Assembly: GCA_900088475.1 (NCBI GenBank)
Contig: FLMG01004002.1
Coordinates: 54,402 to 118,401, forward strand
Length of the DNA: 64,000 bases
From: Hyphochytrium catenoides
Taxonomy: Eukaryota > Protista > Hyphochytriomycota
Direction: 5' to 3'
Shown: positions 41,467 through 51,700 of the stretch, piece after piece
How the letters are laid out: every line of letters starts with the position of its first letter
Numbering within the stretch: the stretch's first letter is position 1
Notes under the pieces: model-generated
What the model saw: only the letters and a program-made list of their open reading frames with translations
Told to the model about the DNA's origin: nothing
Databases searched by the model: none
Made by a program: the position numbers and the translations under genes

Positions 41467-43296
41467 TTATAGCAGAATCTGGCAGAGGTACCAAAGAGCA
41501 TATGGTACAAAATATGAGCCAGCAAGCAGAACAGTAAAAAACAGCAGTGCCATATTTCTCCTACACAAGACAAATAACGACCAAGTCTCAAGGATAGGCA
41601 CATTGATCCACTGAAGGGCACAAAAGAGCGTGCCGTTTTGGGTCAGGTTGATGAGAACTTCCAAGAAGAATTGTTGAGCAGTGTTGGACAGTACAGACTC
41701 ATGAGAAAGGGCCTCATACAAGTAGAAGCCAAAACTCCTGGATGAGGTGCTAGATAACTCCGACGCTATCAATGGGGACGGAGAGGGACCTGCCTCTTCT
41801 TCTAGCGCTGTTTTTTGGGTCCACCGGGCCATTTGGTCCATGTTTAGCATCACTTTTGCCATCATTTTGGCCCCGTTGGACACACCAATAGCGAGAAAAG
41901 ACGATGCCATCGCGCCATAGGCGGTGTAGATCCAGATAGTAAAGATGGTTCTCACCCTGCGGGTTGCCTCTTCATCCACCATTTCCGCTGACTTCCTGAT
42001 GACCCTAATGCCTGCTTGTTGATGGCCCGAAATCTTCCCGCCCTCCTCCTCCTGGGGTTGTTGCTCCGTCGCCGGCCCTTCCTCTGGTTTACCTTTCTTT
42101 TCATCGGTCGGCAGTGGCGCTATGGACGTTATTCCTGACCCGCCGACAGCTCTCTCTCGGTCTCGAACTTCATTAGATGGTGGACTAGTAGATAATAGGG
42201 TTGCCCAGCCCCTGTGGGTTGTGCCATAGAAGGCTTTACCAGTGTTCAACACTACCACCCCAAGAGATTCCCGCTTATTGATTGATGAGAGTCCCTTTCG
42301 AGACTTCTGCCTGTAAATCCGTGCACCTGCCACGGAGTCGTTGAAGGCGATAGACAGCACACCCAAGAGGGATAGAAATCCTGAGAGCCAAGTCAGACCA
42401 ATGGCGGACCTGTTGCCAGAGTTTAGAACTCGTTGTGCGCAGGAGTAGAGAATCTGCGTCAGTGTGATCTGGGCAAACCAGGTGGTACTTTTTGTTAGCG
42501 CTCTGGGCGCTTGGGTGTTCCGGACGCTATTCAGGCTCTTGGTGGATGAAACAGAGCCATCTCCATCGCTGAAGAGATCAGTGTAATAGCGCCAGTAAGT
42601 CATTTCGTAGCCCTGGAAGCGAAGGAAGGTCTGGGCACCAACTGAAACCACTGGAATCGAAAACCCACAGACAAGGAAACCTATCATACTGCTCCTCTCT
42701 AACTCTAGAGTGTAAGGAAAAACGGCGAACTGGAAAATAACGGAGCCCACATAAGGCAGAAGTATGCCCGCAATGACGATTAAGATCACCCTTTTCCGCG
42801 ACAGCTCCTGCGACGTAGATTGGCGCGCGAGATAGCACGCATAATAGTAGCATTCAATGAAGATGGTGGCGAAGTATATCACTTGGCCATACACGGGGTT
42901 CTCAGCTTCGGGATGAATGAAAAATAAGGCACTGAGGCAGTTCTGTAGAACAATACCGTTAAAGGCACTCAGTACCAGGACCCACCGAGGAAAGACGTTC
43001 TTCCAATCACTAGTTGCACAAAGCATTCCGACCAGAGGCCAAAGGGCAATTGCAGGGTTTCCTACGACCGTCCAGAAGATAAGCTTGATGCCGTAGCTCC
43101 TTGTCAATAATGATGGCAAATCTTCGCATTGGGCAAGCTTCTGACTATCGCAGTACGGAAAATGGTGCATCACAGCCAGGATGAAGCACGAAACTAGAAA
43201 GCAAGAGAGAAAGCCGTGCAAAGCAATACCTACGCCAAAGGTTGCTATCTTCAGCAATCTGGCAAGGTGCACCCGCAGCTGGCTGCTGTCAACCAT
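41467..43296 (-). CDS. Intronless multi-pass membrane protein (609 aa, ~11 TM), unknown family; paralog of 37410-39146
   Basis: Single long ORF sharing LWPLVGMLCATxDW, CAQRVLNS, IGLTWLSGFLSLLGV, EEATRxVRTIFTIWIYTAYG and LAGSYFVPYxLWYL with the paralog. Confidence 0.87.
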   Translation of the reverse strand: MVDSSQLRVHLARLLKIATFGVGIALHGFLSCFLVSCFILAVMHHFPYCDSQKLAQCEDLPSLLTRSYGIKLIFWTVVGNPAIALWPLVGMLCATSDWKNVFPRWVLVLSAFNGIVLQNCLSALFFIHPEAENPVYGQVIYFATIFIECYYYACYLARQSTSQELSRKRVILIVIAGILLPYVGSVIFQFAVFPYTLELERSSMIGFLVCGFSIPVVSVGAQTFLRFQGYEMTYWRYYTDLFSDGDGSVSSTKSLNSVRNTQAPRALTKSTTWFAQITLTQILYSCAQRVLNSGNRSAIGLTWLSGFLSLLGVLSIAFNDSVAGARIYRQKSRKGLSSINKRESLGVVVLNTGKAFYGTTHRGWATLLSTSPPSNEVRDRERAVGGSGITSIAPLPTDEKKGKPEEGPATEQQPQEEEGGKISGHQQAGIRVIRKSAEMVDEEATRRVRTIFTIWIYTAYGAMASSFLAIGVSNGAKMMAKVMLNMDQMARWTQKTALEEEAGPSPSPLIASELSSTSSRSFGFYLYEALSHESVLSNTAQQFFLEVLINLTQNGTLFCALQWINVPILETWSLFVLCRRNMALLFFTVLLAGSYFVPYALWYLCQILL

Positions 43297-44167
43297 GACT
43301 CCCCTCCTCTCTGCCTTGTCCTTATTGGTATGGTGTGTGAGCCGAAGATGATTAATGATAGTTAACGGAGGTTCAATCTCTTCTTCCTCCTCCTGCCTAA
43401 CAAGAGATTTGAGGGCACGTAAACAGTGTTACTACCGCCATGGCCCGGTAGTCTCCTATAATAGGGCGATCCTTGTCCTAGCTTGAGAACCCAGGACCCT
43501 CTTCCACTTATCAAAAGAGCTCCAGCAGGCAGGGTTCGGTGATACAAGCTGGCGGTAGTGAGTTCGGTACTAGTGGCAAAAGGAAAAGAAAGAGAAGATC
43601 TCCCGCATTAAGAACGTTCTACATACAGTCCCCAGGATGTAAAGAAAGAACGGAAGAAGCAGGATCCTTCTATGGGCCAGCGCACGATGATAGGTTGATA
43701 ACAGCGGCAGGGGAACACCTCCTCTGAGTGACAAACAAGACACTAGTGGGCAGCTGGAGCGTTCCGCGCTTGGTAAGCTGAGCCCTCCTCGTCTTGGAGC
43801 CAGTGGTGCTTACAAACAAAAGAGGAGGTTGGCAGCTTGTTTAGATGATATGTCAGAGATGATGAAGTCGGCGTTTATATTCCCTAGTTCGTCCTTCTGA
43901 AGCTGCTGCGCTCTCCTGTCATGGAAACCCATCAGAACTCTCTGAAAATAGCTGGTGGCTCGTACCTTCCTCTCCTAGCCCTCCTCCTAGAGCGAGATGT
44001 CCTCCCGCCATAGCTTTGTCATCATCAGCAGTTTCTCTATCATCATGTTCAACAACAGATGCCTCTCCATTTATTCTCCTTCCTCATCATGCCGCGTCTG
44101 TCTTATTCAGCCCAGAGCACGAAGAATGCTGAGATGGGCAGCAAAGGAGAACTGTTTGTTCGAAGGA

Positions 44168-44397
44168 AGAGGGGCGAGAGAGAGAGAGAGGGTGCAGTAG
44201 CACATAGAAAGAAGAAAGAGACAGAGGACTCGGAGAGAGACAGAGAGAGACAGAGAGGGAGAGACATAGAGAGACAGGGATAGACAGAGACAGAGGGAGA
44301 GAGAGACAGAAGGAGAGGGAGACAGAAGGAGAGAGAGACAGAGAGAGAGTCCGCCGGGGCAGCAATAGCAACAGCAGCTGCAATAGCAGCAACAGCG
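44168..44397. repeat. Compound GA/GACA polypurine microsatellite followed by CAG/CAA repeats
   Basis: Directly visible low-complexity tract. Confidence 0.9.
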
Positions 44398-45852
44398 CCA
44401 TCTCTTGCTTCAGACCAGACCTTACAAAACGCCTACAACCTGCACCTGCAAAGATTATACGTTGCACAATCCGGGAATCTTTCGCCATAGTCCATGGGTT
44501 TAGCCTATGAAAGATTCATTGCGATAAGAGATAAACTCAACAACCCACCAGGAAGCCAAGGCCGTTACACACATGACGCTCCTCCCTCTTTGTGGTGTAT
44601 TGATGGTGCAGAAAGCTTTGCTGCTGCTCTCTTTGCTAATTCATCATCATCTTCTTTGTGGGCTTTGCCACCTGGCGCCCGCGCCTTTCGTGTCCTTCTC
44701 TATTTGATGATGTGCATTGACTGAAGAAGTTGTAGATGTTAGTGTCATTCTATTGGCGTTTATGCTGGTAGTAGTAGTACTAGAAGCTTGACTAGAAGAT
44801 CTTTTCATCATCTTCTGGTACTTTTCACAGACCATGAGCTGTGGAGCTTGTTTCCGGGTTGATTAAAAAATCAAAGCTTAGGAGGTTAACCATAGTACTA
44901 CTTGTACCATACTAGTGGTCATCATAGACACGAGAGAAAGAATAACAATCTGTTGTTTTTTATAAAGCAGCATTATGTAGAGCTGCCGCCACAGGAGCTC
45001 ATTATCACCATTATTGTGAATCAGCAGCCCTTCTCCACCGCCCAAGCCCGATAATTGAAATAGCATCCCAGAAGAAGGAACCCTACATCTAATAACACAA
45101 CAGCACAACGACAAGGACAAAAAATGCCTTTCTCTCCACCTCCTACCAACTAGTTCAGTATTTCTCGTTGGATGCTGCTCATTTGTTGTGTTTTGTTGAT
45201 GCATTTTGTTGATAATACTCTTATAATGATGATGGCGATCGGGCTGTTTCTTTCCTCTAATAAACATACGGCATCAAAGAAACCTCTGGTAGCACTAAGT
45301 GATGAACCGGCTTCATCGCAGTGCAATAATACTAATAAGGCTGGCCCTATTACTTGTAGCTAGGGGCTAGGGCCCCGTTCTAACTCATCCTCGACCATTC
45401 ACTGGTACAGTACCACAACGCTGGCCTGTGGGTGTGGGAGCCAACAGCCAACAACTCGGTGAGGAGGAAGGAAGGAGTTCTAGGACTACTCGTAGGATTG
45501 CTAAAGGCCCTTATTTGCTGGCACCACAATCGTGTCAACCTCGTCTATTGAGAACGACTGCTGCAGATTGTGACATGCATTCTTTGTCAGCAGTGGGTCA
45601 CACCGGAGCACGAGCCCACCTGCCTTCGAAGGAAGCTGCTTACCTCCTTCTGACTGAGGACGACAAAGAAGCAGCGTCGTGGTGGCAAGGGGAAAGGGCT
45701 CGATAGCAATTCGCGTTAGCTGCTGCCATCATCTAGCCATCGAGAAGTAAGAGCTGGGCTTCTAGGAAGGTGGTGATTGCCTCTTTCTATGGCAGATCAT
45801 AGCGAAGACGGCATTGCCAGTAGTCCTCGCAGGCGTCTAGGTGATCGTTATA

Positions 45853-45956
45853 ATGTCCGTGTATGACGAAGTTGAGCTGGAGGAGATGGAGTATGACCCC
45901 AACGAAGAAGCATTCTTTTATCCTTGCTCCTGTGGAGACAAATTTTCCTTACTCTG
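45853..45956 (+). pseudogene. DPH3: DPH3/KTI11 (CSL zinc finger) first-exon fragment, apparently truncated and frameshifted
   Basis: MSVYDEVELEEMEYDPNEEAFFYPCSCGDKF is the DPH3 N-terminal half and is followed by a GTATGT donor at 45957. One extra T in AAATTTTCC would restore the consensus-like KFFLTL in phase 0. I found no intact CPSC second exon before RPB11. Confidence 0.7.
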
Positions 45957-45971
45957 GTATGTCTACGAGTA

Positions 45972-46146
45972 CACTGTACAACTATATCCCTTTTGTAAGC
46001 ACGTTACTGGTACCCTAACCCTAACCCTAACCCTAACCCTAAAAGGGATGTAGTTGTACAATGTAGCGATAAAGTATCGTGCTTACAAAAGGGATATAGT
46101 TGTACAGTGGTACAGGCAGTACGGCGGGTGTACTGCATACAATTTT
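45972..46146. mobile_element. Short non-autonomous inverted-repeat element (HINE/Helitron2-like or MITE-like) with internal telomeric repeats
   Basis: Perfect 32-bp inverted repeat at 45972-46003/46078-46109, internal (CCCTAA)5, a partial third IR copy at ~46041-46063, then a 7-bp hairpin GCAGTAC-N7-GTACTGC (46116-46136) and a T-run. Mobility is inferred, not shown. Confidence 0.55.
46013..46042 (+). repeat. Interstitial telomere-type repeat (CCCTAA)5
   Basis: Five perfect CCCTAA copies (TTAGGG on the minus strand). Confidence 0.95.
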
Positions 46147-46565
46147 TGACGACAACTTGAACTACACGTACGGAAGCCTCTGGTCTGTTGTTGCCGCTGT
46201 GTGGTTGGCTTTCTATGAGAGGAGAACTAGTGCGGGATCTGCGGATGGTTTATGAGCAGAGTTGATCATCAATCCGTCCTCTGTCGCTAGAGCTCTTTCA
46301 GTTCTCGAGCTTCGTCTTCTCAACAACTCGTCTTTACCTTGTCCCTTTATCTCTGATTCTCCGTCGGCGCAGATTTGAAGCAAACAAACTATTGCCATCA
46401 GCTCTAGTATTGTTCGGAGTTGGTACGTGAGGGTGGCCGGAAGGTTCTAAGCTCTTTCCTCTCGTGGCCCCTGCGGCTGGAAAGAGTTCGCCCTCCTCCT
46501 TACAGGCGTCTATACCGATCGCGCTCTTTGTCTCCTGTGAGGAGCCACTTGCTGTCTAGGGTACT

Positions 46566-47122
46566 ATGAATGCTCCGGATAGACAGGATATGTTCCTTCT
46601 GCCCGATGGGGCTGCCAAGTATGGTTCCGTAGACGTTATCTCACACTGGGAACAAGCGCCTGATTCGCTTACTTGCGCAGGGTTACATACGTTAAGGACA
46701 CTCGGATGCCCGATGCCGGAGAGTTTACTGTTCTCAGAGAAGACCATACAATGGCAAATTTGGTTCGAATGTAAGGTTACTCAAATGCTCTGACTTCCAA
46801 TGCAGGGATAGGAACTACAACCTTCTTTGTCGCAGGCAACTGTTGAGAGATAGCGATGTCATATTCTCGGGCTACCGGGTGCCGCATCCTCTCATTTTTG
46901 ACATCAACATCAAGGTCCAGACCAAAGAGAGCTCAGACCCTATTAAGGCTATGAAATCAGCCTGTGATGACCTGAAGGATGAATTTCATAGCTTGCAAGA
47001 GAAGTTCAGGGTACACCCGTCACTTGCATTGCCAACATGCTGTAGCCTGACTAATGGTTCGCAATCGACAGAACGCCGTGGCGCAGTACCAGCAGAGTCA
47101 AGAGGAGAACGAGTTTAGATAG
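46566..47122 (+). CDS. RPB11: RNA polymerase II subunit RPB11; 4 exons
   Basis: MNAPDRQDMFLLPDGAAK|VTYVKDTRMPDAGEFTVLREDHTMANLVRM|QLLRDSDVIFSGYRVPHPL...LQEKFR|NAVAQYQQSQEENEFR*, with canonical introns. Confidence 0.96.
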
Positions 47123-47371
47123 TCCTGGAAACTTTATTTATGTATAAGAAACAGCTGGTTTGTAACCCGTCGCTCAGGTTATGCAGATTCATAGAACCCT
47201 CTATCCATCCTCAACCTGCCAACCGACACTGCTTCGCAGACAGACAGTGTGTTCTGCTAAGTGTATTAAATAGGGTAGAAAGCTAAATGGCGCAATGGAA
47301 GCCGGAGACGTAGGTACTTGACAGGCAAGCAGGGGTATCTACGAAGATATCTTGACACAGCGCCACCTCTT

Positions 47372-47934
47372 CTACTTTCCTGCTTCCTCACCCTCCCCGT
47401 CATCATCTTGGATCTAAGTCATAGCCAATATATAAGGTACCTCCATATTCAGTGAGGTCCAACAGCAAGAAATGTCCTTACCCTCTTGTTCAACTCCTCA
47501 ATTACCGCTTTCAGCTCCGACACCTCCTTCCTCAAAGCTTCATTCTCCGCACGGATGGCGTCAATATCCACAGCTGTTGGGGCCCCTAGATAGCGCTTGA
47601 CATAGCTGACAGATAATGACTTAGATTTCTAACTTCGCGCTGCCGTGGGGTTGTGTTCTTGGACTACTTACTCTAGGGAGTTGCCGGGACGCTCAGGCTC
47701 TTCATAGAGCCCAACGAGCACTAATGAGGTAATCCTCGATCAGACGCTAGGTGCTGGCAACTTTGCATTATGGCCGTACCTTTAGTAAGGGCGTCCACAA
47801 TCCCAGTCTTCTCCAAATATTTTCTGAATTCCTCCTTCTTGGAGTCCGGGGTCTGCAGAAGGCAGACATCAGTTAACTGTTACACAAGCGTCATTAAGGG
47901 CTGACCGGCATGTGATCACCTGATATGTAGTCAT
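47372..47934 (-). CDS. MYCBP: c-Myc-binding protein (AMY-1/FAP174-like); 5 small exons
   Basis: Manual splicing gives MTTYQ|TPDSKKEEFRKYLEKTGIVDALTK|VLVGLYEEPERPGNSLE|YVKRYLGAPTAVDIDAIRAENEALRKEVSELKAVIEELNKR|IQDDDGEGEEAGK*. It is absent from the ORF track. Confidence 0.92.
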
Positions 47935-48763
47935 CTTCTTGACAGTCTACTCTTTTTTATCAACAAAGACTCCCTGTTTTTCTGTGAAAGGATGTCGGAA
48001 AGCTTTATAACGAGTGCAAGCTACTACCTGCTAGGTGGCTATCTGTTAGCAGTGTTGCCCTGGCCGAAGCTTCATAAAGCAGGGACAAGAAGCTCTGTCA
48101 TTGAGTTATTTAGTAATTATTATGATCGTTGACAAACAATGTGACCTCTATCAGCGCCAAAAGGCGCCACATGGCCACGAAACAAGGTTCTATTTAGCCC
48201 ACCACTCTTGACTCCTTTGATACCTAAAGCAGAACCAGAATAGTCCAGGATAACAAAGTCAATAGATTCTCAAATAATAGGTTGCCTTTTTCCTTTATCC
48301 TTGATTATCACGTTCATTGTGAGTACAAAAACAACCTACGTTAGCGGCTCCTTGAAGACTCGCACTTTTCTTCGCCCGTTTTTGGCTGAAGATCAAGAAA
48401 AGCGAAAGCTCTGAAGAGCGAAGCGGCAGATTTCTCCAGGCTCATCTTCATCAAGAAGATTGCTCAAGGATGAGCGAGGATACTTAAGGTCTGAGCACCT
48501 TCATTGGTCAGTTAAGGAATCTGGGGTCTTACTGAGGTCAGGCATAGAGCGGAGAGAAAATGCTCCGGTAGATGCACTGACTCTTTTCTCTCAGCAATCA
48601 GAAATCAAAGAGTTTCGGATTCTTAGCGTGTAGCCCTTCCGCGATTGGAGACGGAGCTCACAAAAGCAGCTGTCAGAGAACGAATAGCCTTGCCCTGCGT
48701 AACTTCTGGGCTGTTGAGGCACGCACAAGAGTCCTGGTCTGAAAGTACTTGTTGGGGGGTAAT

Positions 48764-51700
48764 ATGGGACAGAAAGGATCAAGAGAAGATGGAGCAGGCC
48801 ACAATGACCGTAAGGTTAATGAGGCACTTAGGCAAGCAGGAATTCGACGGCCTTCCCGCTATAAGTCAATGCTCCTAAGAGACATGCCTCCGGACTGGTC
48901 TGGCTATTTCTTCTCGGTTAACTTGGTGCAGGTAACCTTCTCTTGACGGAATACTGCTTCTGCTTTCTGACCTGACCAATGGCATCAGGCTAAGGGCTTT
49001 CTTATAAGTCGGCCCTATGGCTGCATCCAGCTTCCGGACGACCAGCTTAAGGTCTCTAGATCAGTTCAGAAAAAGACTTCAAACCCTGTGTGGAACTCTC
49101 GCCTGGACTTCCTCTGTGAAACTTTGCCAGAGAAGATTGAAGTGTCCTTTTGGGATGATCAGCTAGTCAGAGGCAAACGATGCTTCGCTGAGACAACAAT
49201 ACCTCTTGATAAGACAGTTCTGGAGAAGGAAGATACTATAGAGAAGTGGTACCCACTCAAAATGGTGGGCGGTGAAGAGGCCAGCGTGGAGATCCGCATC
49301 AGTTCTTCAAGGGTTTATAACGTTGACAAGGAGCTCATGGAGTACACCGAGGGCATCGGGGTACTCAGCCTAAAGGTTGTGGGCGTCACTGGCATGCTGG
49401 GGCGCTCCGAAGCTCTATACACCCTAATAGACTACGGTCTACAGCATTTCAAAACTCGAACATCAAGCAAAGGTGGCGGGAAGGCTGGGACGAGGAGGCA
49501 GATCTCGTCTCCATCTAATTTGCAGAGTCAAGCCAACGCAGAGGCTGAGCTAGGAGAAAGCAAAAGTGCCCCCAATCTTAGAGAGAGGGAACTGGCACCT
49601 GTCTTTGACCACTTCTGGAACGAGACCCTACGCATGTGGATTAACAGTGACATGCTAAATCACAAGTTGATGTGCAGTGTTTGCGAAGAGAAGGACTCGA
49701 CGGTCAAAGGTGCCACGCTGCTTGACCTGTCTCAGTTTTTGGATGGCAAAGTACACAGCCTGTCGGTGCCCCTTTATGACTTAAAGACAGGTATCTTCCA
49801 GCCCTCCTTCCGGCGTCCTCATAGATGCTGCCCTTGGCCCGACCATCCATCCCACGGTCTTAACAAATACTGAACCTTGGACAGGGAGATACCGCGCTCT
49901 CAGTGACCGGAATCGTCTCACTCTACAGAAAGTGACGTCAGAAGCTCAGAACTCAATGGATATCGAACCGGGACAACCAGGTAAGCGCAGAGATCGTAGA
50001 GAGTGCACAACTCAGGAACAGTGAGCTCTGCGTGGAGGACTTATAGGAAAGGTCCGAGAAGATAGACTTAGCGACTCATACACCGCCTGTCTCCTTTGCA
50101 GAGAAGCCTCAGAAAGGAGATGTGGTGATTGGGTACCTCCACGTGGAAGCTACTATGACTCACAAAGACGATGTGGAGGAGGGTTTCTATCTAAGGCTCC
50201 TTGAAGCCTTTGACGTCAATGCAGACAGTACGTAAACATCTTCAGTCCTCACACTAGACCTCCTTTCATCTGTTCCTGCTCTACAAAGTCGGCTCTCTTT
50301 TGCTGCGTTCCGTTGCTAAAATGCAAGCTCGCCTTAGATCACCTCAGTGAGGTAGAGTTCCGGGCTGCCTTGGTGGCGATGGGGATTCCTTTTACAGATG
50401 AGAGCTTGACCAAGCTATTTGCTGAGTGTGACAAGGATAAGAACGGAACCCTTGACAAGGCAGAGATTGTTAATATTTTGCGGTCACCTCAATTTCAGAA
50501 TGGTACGGTTGGCAGACTTTAGCTGGACCTTGACTCTTCATCCTATCGGTTGTAGTTGTCCTTCTGCGTCTTAGGGTTAGGAATGACATCTCTTGTTTTT
50601 CTGTACACTCCTTTCTCTGTTTTATTCCATCCAGACTTTGCCCGGTTTGTCCTTCTATCCCTGTTCCTCTTTTAGGGGAAGGTTTCGCCTATCCTTCGCT
50701 TACCTCCGTGCTTCACTTTGACGCCAATCACGAGCTCTAACTTGCAGTCCCCCAGCCTACACTTCCACAGCACTGCTTGCCTTTGCAATTGAAGGAAAAG
50801 AAGGTCTAGACAGCATGATCTTTGGCATCTTTAACCGTGCTCCCAATGATCCCCACCTTCCTTCGGCTGGCGACGAGCACCTTCAAAAGGAGGATCTACT
50901 AGTCTTAGATAGAGAGTCGGGTCTTGTTCTTAGAGAGCACATTCCAAACTATGTTCGCGTAAGAAAAGCAGAATTCTCTTCCTCCTTTCCTGTGCGAGCC
51001 TGATAATCGCCTTCGGGTGGGCATGCTCTGTGTCAAGCCTCTTTATGTAGCTCTATATCTGCTGGAAAACCTGTGAACTTACTAGCAAGGCCTCGTTTTC
51101 TCTCTTTCTTTCTCGTTGGTCTCATCCGTCCCTCACAATAAGTTCAACGGGGCTCCTGACTATCGGACTGCTTTAGATCGCTCTTGGAACACTTTATAGG
51201 ACTCGTATTGGACGTTCAGCGACCAACACAAGGAATGTACGGGCCTTGTTAAGAAAGCTATCGTTGGCTGAAGGAAGAAAGATGGACGCTCCTGAGAGCG
51301 CAGAGAGAATTCCAAGATTCATCGAGCAGCACAATATTAACATGGAGGAGGTTCTTCTTCCGGTGCATGAGGTATGATGAACACTATTGCTCTTGTTAGT
51401 TGGCTACAGTGATGTCATGCTATAGGTGTTCCCTTCTTGTCTGACTTTAGGGCTCTTCTGCGATTGTGCTAGAGCATGCTCTGTATCTGGCTCTTGTGGT
51501 GCCGTGTGTCATAGTTTCATCTAACCTGTTGCCTCCTTCTCTACTAAAGTTCAAGACCTTCAACCAGTTTTTCTATCGCAGTCTGAAGCCAGACGCGAGG
51601 CCAGTAGTCGCACCAGAAGAGCCAAGAATTGCAGTTTGCAGTGCTGACTGCCGGCTGGTGGTGTATGCCTCCATTAACGAAGCTACCAGGTCAGCTCTGC

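Noticed and set aside
43997-44488. ERDRER- and LSLSLS-type ORFs (also at 60940-61541)
   Set aside because: They are translations of GA microsatellites.
46013-46042. A true chromosome end or telomere fusion site
   Set aside because: There are only five repeats in one orientation, enclosed in an inverted repeat, with no head-to-head TTAGGG/CCCTAA junction.
48365-48400. TTCTTCGCCCGTTTTTGGCTGAAGATCAAG resembles the U2 snRNA 5' end
   Set aside because: It lacks the branch-point recognition sequence GTGTAGTA and a downstream Sm site; probably chance.
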